From contig OZ024764.1 in assembly GCA_964016885.1 (NCBI GenBank), forward strand, positions 3,162,001 through 3,226,000: a stretch of DNA of 64,000 nucleotides, written 5' to 3'. Below are positions 11,101-21,000 of the stretch, in pieces. Position numbers and translations under genes: made by a program. The stretch comes from Eledone cirrhosa. Lineage: Eukaryota. Under the pieces are notes generated by a model. It did no database searches. It was not told the origin of the DNA and worked only from the letters and a program-made list of their open reading frames with translations. The stretch's first letter is position 1. Every line of letters starts with the position of its first letter.

Positions 11101-14100
11101 ACCAACCACATTTACAGTGTGGGGCTGGGAGGTTTTTACCGTGTTACCTACTCGGATCACATTACAGCGTGGACTGTGTGGTTTTTTTGTCGTGACACCT
11201 ACACGATCTCATTTGTTTCGGCCTGGATTTTGTGGCACCAACATAACTTTACATTGAAAGGGGCGGTGTGGATGGGGTGGGGGTGGTGGGACGGGGGTGT
11301 ATTTTGTTAGAGATTCCTACTGACTAGGTTTTACTTTGTATTTAGGTAAGGCGGGTCTTCTCTATTACTGAGTACCGCCAAAGCTCTCGGTCCAGTGACA
11401 TTGTCTTGGAGAGGTGTAAGTGTGTGAGGTCGGAATTTATCAGCTCGTCTCATGTTTTTCTGGGTCTGCCTACTCCGTGGCTACCGTCTATCTTTATTGC
11501 CCTGCACTTTGCTATACAGCTGTCGTCTTTCATGCGCATCACGTGACCATACCAACGTAGCCTTCTCTCGAGTAAACAACATAATATGTATGTATACATA
11601 AATGAGAAAATTCAATGCAAGTATAGCTGTCTAAACAGCCAAAATGCTGTAATTGAAAACATTGGGTAAAATTATCTCAGGGAACAGTGAGACAATCCAC
11701 AAGGTGTGTGACAGGTAGATATATAATGCCTCAGTGACCAGTGGTCATCAGAGAGACAATACACAAGGTGTGTGACAGGTAGATGATATATAATGCCTCA
11801 GTGACCAGTGGTCAACAGAGAGACAATCCACAGGATGGGTGACAGGCAGATGATATATAATGCCTCAGTGACCAGTGGTCAACAGAGAGACAATACACAA
11901 GGTGTGTGACAGGTAGATGATATATAATGTCTCAGTGACCAGTGGTCAACAGAGAGACAATACACAAGGTGTGTGACAGGTAGATGATATATAATGTCTC
12001 AGTGACCAGTGGTCAACAGAGAGACAATACACAAGGTGTGTGACAGGTAGATATATAATGCCTCAGTGACCAGTGGTCAACAGAGAGACAATACACAAGG
12101 TGTGTGACAGGTAGATGATATATAATGTCTCAGTGACCAGTGGTCATCAGAGAGACAATCCAAGGTGTGTGACAGGTAGATATATAATGCCTCAGTGACC
12201 AGTGGTCAACAGTGAGACAATACACAAGGTGTGTGACAGGTAGATGATATATAATGTCTCAGTGACCAGTGGTCAACAGTGAGACAATACACAGGATGGG
12301 TGACAGGTAGATGATATATAATGCCTCAGTGACCAGTGGTCAACAGAGAGACAATACACAAGGTGTGTGACAGGTAGATGATATATGTCTCAGTGACCAG
12401 TGGTCAACAGTGAGACAATACACAGGATGGGTGACAGGTAGATGATATATAATGCCTCAGTGACCAGTGGTCAACAGAGAGACAATACACAAGGTGTGTG
12501 ACAGGTAGATGATATATAATGCCTCAGTGACCAGTGGTCAACAGAGAGACAATACACAAGGTGTGTGACAGGTAGATGATATATAATGCCTCAGTGACCA
12601 GTGGTCAACAGAGAGACAATACACAAGGTGTGTGACAGGTAGATATATAATGCCTCAGTGACCAGTGGTCAACAGAGACAATACACAAGGTGTGTGACAG
12701 GTAGATGATATATAATGCCTCAGTGACCAGTGGTCAACAGAGTGAGAGTCCACAAGGTGGGTGACAGACATGATATACAATGGCCAGTGGTCAACAGAGA
12801 GACAATACATAAGGTGTGTGACAGGCAGATGATATATAATGTCTCAGAGATCAGTGACCAGTGGTCAACAGAGTGAGAGTCCACAAGGTGGGTGACAGAC
12901 ATGATATACAGTGACCAGTGGTCAACAGAGAGACAATACACAAGGTGTGTGACAGGCAGATGATATATAATGTCTCAGAGATCAGTGACCAGTGGTCAAC
13001 AGAGTGAGAGTCCACAAGGTGGGTGACAGACATGATATACAGTGACCAGTGGTCAACAGAGAGACAATACACAAGGTGTGTGACAGGCAGATGATATATA
13101 ATGTCTCAGAGATCAGTGACTAATGGTCAACAGAGTGAGAGTCCACAAGGTGGGTGACAGACATGATATACAGTGGCCAGTGGTCAACAGAGAGACAATC
13201 CACAAGGTGGGTGACAGGCAGATGATATAGAAATGATTGAGAGAAGGGGAAGAAGGATATAAAGACGTGTGATGTATGAGGCAGGTTAACACATCTTCAC
13301 TGTGATCCGCTCTGATAGAGGGGTAGATGTTTGAGGTAAATATGATAGTCCTTACCATTGTCATGGTGTCACCCTCAACACAGCGTTTAATGACAACCAT
13401 AACACCGGTCCCGTACTGAGTTTCCACCAGAGTATCTCCATCTGTTTTCAAATTAACCTGGTGAAAGATATACATGTATATATTAGCATTGTATTGTATT
13501 GTATTGTAGTTTATATACATACATAGATATGGCCATCCAAAATCACCGGGAGAGATGACCCCTTAGCCTTTGTCAAGGCAGAATTCTAGGAGAAGGTAAA
13601 CTCTGATATAACACCTGCAACCCTGATGGTATCCAATGATGTTGACTTGTTCTTCTTTTTGGTAAATATCATCTTGGTTAAGAGAGTGGGACTGGCTTTG
13701 TGCAGTGCCTTTGCTCACTATAAAAGCTTCACGGCACAGGCATTGCTTTATATCTGGAGATCTCTCTGCACTTGTCGTCACATGGTACCATGGGCCCAGC
13801 ACGATGTGTCAATAATTGTCACAGGTGTAGTGTTTGTACCAGAGTTTTCAAGTCGCTGGCTGGACTAAAAAGTCACTCGTTCAGCGCATCGGTAGGGGTT
13901 CTCCTACATGGATATAAAGTAGTGGCCGTACTCGAAAACGAGTTGGCAGCCACCATATGTATGTATATATATATATATGTATATATTAGCATTGTATTGT
14001 ATTGTAGTTTATATACATCTTTATATATATAAAAGGGAGGATGTGTGTGTGTGTCTGTATACAACTTTGCATGCATAAGGCTTTCACAATTACCAACTGA

Positions 14101-14820
14101 ATTTGACCACATTTCCTGTGCACGTTGCACAGGTCGCTAAGATTGTCACATCACAAAGATTTTTCAAATCGACCCACGTTGAGCAATAAAAAATCGATAT
14201 CAAAATTATCGGTTGAAAAATTGATGTAAGGGAGATAACATACTTTATTGACAATCCTTATAAAAAAGGGAGATAACAAACTTTTCAGAAATTGGTTTAC
14301 CTCTTAATACATTGGTTCTGAACTGTCTGTTTTTTTTACAGATTTGCAACGTGTATTGTCTTTAATCATTTGTATAACTACATCCTGTTCAGTGTTTTCC
14401 TTCATTATCAGCATAGTTTTATGTGTACAAAGATTGCACTAAATATTCGTTTGCATTAATTATTGAAGACTTCTGCTTATTTTGACAAGTTGGGGACAAA
14501 TAATGTTCTTTTACTTCCTAGCTGTATATTCTTAGCATAATTTCAAACCCCGAGCAACGCCGGGTAAATCTGCTAGTACATATATATACATGTATATATT
14601 AGCACTGTATTGTATTGTAGTTTATATGTATGTATATATGTATATGTGTATATATTAGTATTGTATTGTAGTTTATATATATGCATATATATATGTATAT
14701 ATTAGCATTGTATTATATTATAGTTTATACACACATGTATATAGTCACATGTATATATATATATACATGTGTATATACTTATATATATATACATTTATGT
14801 ATACATATATATATATACAC

Positions 14821-14906
<86 letters not shown>

Positions 14907-14982
14907 GTGTGTATATATATATATACATATATATATATGAATGAATGAATATATATACATATATACATATACACATATATAT

Positions 14983-15017
<35 letters not shown>

Positions 15018-18000
15018 AGAAGAAATTAAAAGATGGTTAAAAATGTTCCATATATTTTATTATGCGCATTTCAAAAACAAATATCATCCGGGGACGATAA
15101 ATGCGTTCTCATCAGATAAAATAAGGTAACATGATATGATGCCTTAAAAAAAATATAAATTGTAATTACATTGTTATTACAACGAAGAAAAATTATTTCC
15201 AGAATTTAGTTATGGTTTATCAAGATCTCTGTTTTTATATTACTAACTTCATTAATATTCTAGACATCACTTTCCTCCAATATATTGTCTATCACCTTAT
15301 ATCTCAAATATTCAACATGGCTTCCCTCCAATATTTTATCATCATCTCTTCCTCCTCCTTCTTTAGTCATCCCTCCATTGAATGTAAAGCATTCATTTTG
15401 CTTTATCTAATGACTAAAACATATGCAGCTCACCCCACCTACATAACTGTAGATTCCTCCGATAACTGGGAGTAGTGCCAACACATTTTCGAATTGTTGA
15501 TCAACTGCGAAGTTACTGGTGTTTACCACAACAAGGTCATCTAATTAGACTGATAATCACCACATGAGTTACTGCTTATCATGAGACAAGCAGGCTTTTT
15601 GTCGAAGCTTACTCCTCTAGATGTCACCTGTTCTGCTAGACTATCTTATGATAGCCATATCAGAGACTCTAGATGTCACCTATTCTGCTAGACTATCTTA
15701 TGATAGCCATATCAGAGACTCTAGATGTCACCTATTCTGCTAGACTATCTTATGATAGCCATATCAGATGCTCTAGATGTCACCTGTTTTGCTAGACTAT
15801 CCTATGATAGCCATATCAGATGCTCTAGATGTCACCTGTTCTGCTAGACTATCTTATGATAGCCATATCAGATGCTCTAGATGTCACCTATTCTGCTAGA
15901 CTATCTTATGATAGCCATATCAGATGCTCTAGATGTCACCTGTTCTGCTAGACTATCTTATGATAGCCATATCAGATGCTCTAGATGTCACCTGTTCTGC
16001 TAGACTATCTTATGATAGCCATATCAGAGACTCTAGATGTCACCTGTTCTGCTAGACTATCTTATGATAGCCATATCAGATGCTCTAGATGTCACCTATT
16101 CTGCTAGACTATCTTATGATAGCCATATCAGAGACTCTAGATGTCACCTATTCTGCTAGACTATCTTATGATAGCCATATCAGATGCTCTAGATGTCACC
16201 TATTCTGCTAGACTATCCTATGATAGCCATATCAGAGACTCTAGATCTGGCCTGTTTTGCTAGACTATCTTATGATAGCCATATCAGAGACTCTAGATGT
16301 CACCTGTTCTGCTAGACTATCTTATGATAGCCATATCAGAGACTCTAGATGTCACCTGTTCTGCTAGACTATCTTATGATAGCCATATCAGAGACTCTAG
16401 ATGTCACCTGTTCTGCTAGACTATCTTATGATAGCCATATCAGAGACTCTAGATGTCACCTGTTCTGCTAGACTATCTTATGATAGCCATATCAGATGCT
16501 CTAGATGTCACCTATTCTGCTAGACTATCTTATGATAGCCATATCAGAGACTCTAGATGTCACCTGTTCTGCTAGACTATCTTATGATAGCCATATCAGA
16601 TGCTCTAGATGTCACCTGTTCTGCTAGACTATCTTATGATAGCCATATCAGAGACTCTAGATGTCACCTGTTCTGCTAGACTATCTTATGATAGCCATAT
16701 CAGAGACTCTAGATGTCACCTGTTCTGCTAGACTATCCTATGATACCATATCAGATGCTCTAGATGTCACCTGTTCTGCTAGACTATCTTATGATAGCCA
16801 TATCAGAGACTCTAGATGTCACCTGTTCTGCTAGACTATCTTATGATAGCCATATCAGAGACTCTAGATGTCACCTGTTCTGCTAGACTATCTTATGATA
16901 GCCATATCAGATGCTCTAGATGTCACCTGTTCTGCTAGACTATCTTATGATAGCCATATCAGAGACTCTTGATGTCACCTATTCTGCTAGACTATCTTAT
17001 GATAGCCATATCAGAGACTCTAGATGTCACCTATTCTGCTAGACTATCTTATGATAGCCATATCAGATGCTCTAGATGTCACCTATTCCGCTAGACTATC
17101 TTATGATAGCCATATCAGATGCTCTAGATGTCACCTGTTCTGCTAGACTATCTTATGATAGCCATATCAGAGACTCTAGATGTCACCTGTTCTGCTAGAC
17201 TATCTTATGATAGCCATATCAGAGACTCTAGATGTCACCTGTTCTGCTAGACTATCTTATGATAGCCATATCAGAGACTCTAGATGTCACCTATTCTGCT
17301 AGACTATCTTATGATAGCCATATCAGAGACTCTAGATGTCACCTGTTCTGCTAGACTATCTTATGATAGCCATATCAGATGCTCTAGATGTCACCTATTC
17401 TGCTAGACTATCTTATGATAGCCATATCAGAGACTCTAGATGTCACCTGTTCTGCTAGACTATCTTATGATAGCCATATCAGATGCTCTAGATGTCACCT
17501 ATTCTGCTAGACTATCTTATGATAGCCATATCAGATGCTCTAGATGTCACCTATTCTGCTAGACTATCTTATGATAGCCATATCAGAGACTCTAGATGTC
17601 ACCTATTCTGCTAGACTATCTTATGATAGCCATATCAGAGACTCTAGATGTCACCTATTCTGCTAGACTATCTTATGATAGCCATATCAGATGCTCTAGA
17701 TGTCACCTATTCTGCTAGACTATCTTATGATAGCCATATCAGAGACTCTAGATGTCACCTGTTCTGCTAGACTATCTTATGATAGCCATATCAGAGACTC
17801 TAGATGTCACCTGTTCTGCTAGACTATCTTATGATAGCCATATCAGATGCTCTAGATGTCACCTGTTTTGCTAGACTATCCTATGATAGCCATATCAGAG
17901 ACTCTAGATGTCACCTATTCTGCTAGACTATCTTATGATAGCCATATCAGAGACTCTAGATGTCACCTATTCTGCTAGACTATCTTATGATAGCCATATC

Positions 18001-21000
18001 AGAGACTCTAGATGTCACCTGTTCTGCTAGACTATCCTATGATAGCCATATCAGATGCTCTAGATGTCACCTGTTTTGCTAGACTATCCTATGATAGCCA
18101 TATCAGAGACTCTAGATGTCACCTATTCTGCTAGACTATCTTATGATAGCCATATCAGATGCTCTAGATGTCACCTATTCTGCTAGACTATCTTATGATA
18201 GCCATATCAGAGACTCTAGATGTCACCTATTCTGCTAGACTATCCTATGATAGCCATATCAGATGCTCTAGATGTCACCTGTTTTGCTAGACTATCCTAT
18301 GATAGCCATATCAGAGACTCTAGATGTCACCTATTCTGCTAGACTATCTTATGATAGCCATATCAGAGACTCTAGATGTCACCTATTCTGCTAGACTATC
18401 TTATGATAGCCATATCAGATGCTCTAGATGTCACCTATTCTGCTAGACTATCTTATGATAGCCATATCAGAGACTCTAGATGTCACCTATTCTGCTAGAC
18501 TATCTTATGATAGCCATATCAGATGCTCTAGATGTCACCTATTCTGCTAGACTATCTTATGATAGCCATATCAGATGCTCTAGATGTCACCTGTTTTGCT
18601 AGACTATCTTATGATAGCCATATCAGATGCTCTAGATGTCACCTGTTTTGCTAGACTATCTTATGATAGCCATATCAGATGCTCTAGATGTCACCTATTC
18701 TGCTAGACTATCTTATGATAGCCATATCAGATGCTCTAGATGTCACCTGTTCTGCTAGACTATCTTATGATACCATATCAGATGCTCTAGATGTCACCTG
18801 TTCTGCTAGACTATCCTATGATAGCCATATCAGATGCTCTAGATGTCACCTATTCTGCTAGACTATCTTATGATAGCCATATCAGATGCTCTAGATGTCA
18901 CCTATTCTGCTAGACTATCCTATGATAGCCATATCAGATGCTCTAGATGTCACCTATTCTGCTAGACTATCCTATGATAGCCATATCAGATGCTCTAGAT
19001 GTCACCTGTTCTGCTAGACTATCCTATGATAGCTGTATTACACGCTTATATTATAAAAATTCAGGGCCCAGCAGCTGAGCTCTTGTCATTTCAACAGCTA
19101 GTTCCAGTCTGTGAAAGGAGGGGGATAGAGACTACCCACTCCTCCCTCAACAAAACAACAAACCTTACCTTCACAAATCGTCCATCAAGGGTTTTTGAGT
19201 CAGCTTCTTCCCCAATTTTATAGATGCTTTCTCTTTCACCTATACAGGTGATTGTCTTAATTGTCCAGGTGTTACCACTGTTGCTGATTTCCTGACAAAG
19301 GTTTGACTTCTCGGAGAACTTCTCGTTAGCCAAGGCTCTGTTTTCTGGCAATACACCTGTAAATATAATGATGATGGTGTAATTAATAATTTTGGTAAAT
19401 CCCTTAAAATTCTTCATTAATTAAGTGACATACAGAATTCTTATTTAAAATTTAAATCTTCCAATATAACCTTATATAAGAACCTTATATTATGTTACTA
19501 TCTTAACCCTTTAGCATCTACATTACTCTATATATACTATTGTATTGTCACAGTAAAGGCTTTACCTCACATAATATCTCACATAACATCTACATTACTC
19601 TACATATACTATTGTATTGTCACAGTAAAGGCTTTACCTCACATAATACCTCACATAACATTTACATTACTCTATATATACTATTGTATTGTCACAGTAA
19701 AGGCTCTACCTCACATAATATCTCACATAACATTTACATTACTCTATATATACTATTGTATTGTCACAGTAAAGGCTTTACCTCACATAATATCTCACAT
19801 AACATCTACATTACTCTATATATACTATTGTATTTTCACAGTAAAGTCTTTACCTCACATAATATCTCACATAACATTTACATTACTCTATATATACTAT
19901 TGTATTGTCACAGTAAAGGCTCTACCTCACATAATATCTCACATAACATTTACATTACTCTATATATACTATTGTATTTTCACAGTAAAGTCTTTACCTC
20001 ACATAATATCTCACATAACATTTACATTACTCTATATATACTATTGTATTTTCACAGTAAAGGCTTTACCTCACATAATATCTCACATAACATTTACATT
20101 ACTCTATATATACTATTGTATTTTCACAGTAAAGGCTTTACCTCACATAATATCTCACATAACATTTACATTACTCTATATATACTATTGTATTTTCACA
20201 GTAAAGGCTTTACCTCACATAATATCTCACATAACATTTACATTACTCTATATATACTATTGTATTTTCACAGTAAAGGCTTTACCTCACATAATATCTC
20301 ACATAACATTTACATTACTCTATATATACTATTGTATTTTCACAGTAAAGGCTTTACCTCACATAATATCTCACATAACATTTACATTACTCTATATATA
20401 CTATTGTATTTTCACAGTAAAGGCTTTACCTCACATAATATCTCACATAACATTTACATTACTCTATATATACTATTGTATTGTCACAGTAAAGGCTTTA
20501 CCTCACATAATATCTCACATAACATTTACATTACTTTGATAGGTTTCGGCCAGTATTGGCCTGGGCTATGTCTAACTTAATAGACACACCTGGGTGCTAT
20601 ACACACAAATTCTCCAACACTACACCTGATATTCCCCCTCCATACACACATACACATGTATATCATGACTCATACACTGTTCACTTTCCTGACATTTGTA
20701 CATTATTCTATGTACTATACATGCACCTTTGATGAGTTGTAGTGCACCTGAGCACTGTACACAATAAATTTCATCTACTTATATATATAACCAGCAATTT
20801 CTCTGTCTGTCTGTCTGTCCGACAGTGGAAACACGTGCGTAGAGAGAGAGAGTGAGAGTGAAAGAAAGAGACAGAACACGAGAGGGGGATAGCGGGAGGG
20901 AGAGAGAGAGAGAGTGAATAGACGCTAAAACACGTGCTACAGAAACATTACCTTCCCCTCTCCACTGACTTTGGTCACTGAGGCCGAGGGAATCGCACTG

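Noticed and set aside
11740-12155. TCATCAG (CUGAUGA on the minus strand) hits inside the 67-bp array and at ~56130
   Set aside because: There is no GAAA, stem or NUH arrangement; they are point variants of repeat units.
15615-19032. CRISPR-like regular repeats (also 1-4766, 57825-58716, 60218-61300)
   Set aside because: Units are contiguous with no unique spacers, there are no cas genes, and the context is eukaryotic.
19091-19417. Single-exon 108-aa ORF (and the 135-aa ORF at 13113-13520)
   Set aside because: Only the internal parts are real, being FABP exons 2 and 3; the flanks are intron read-through.
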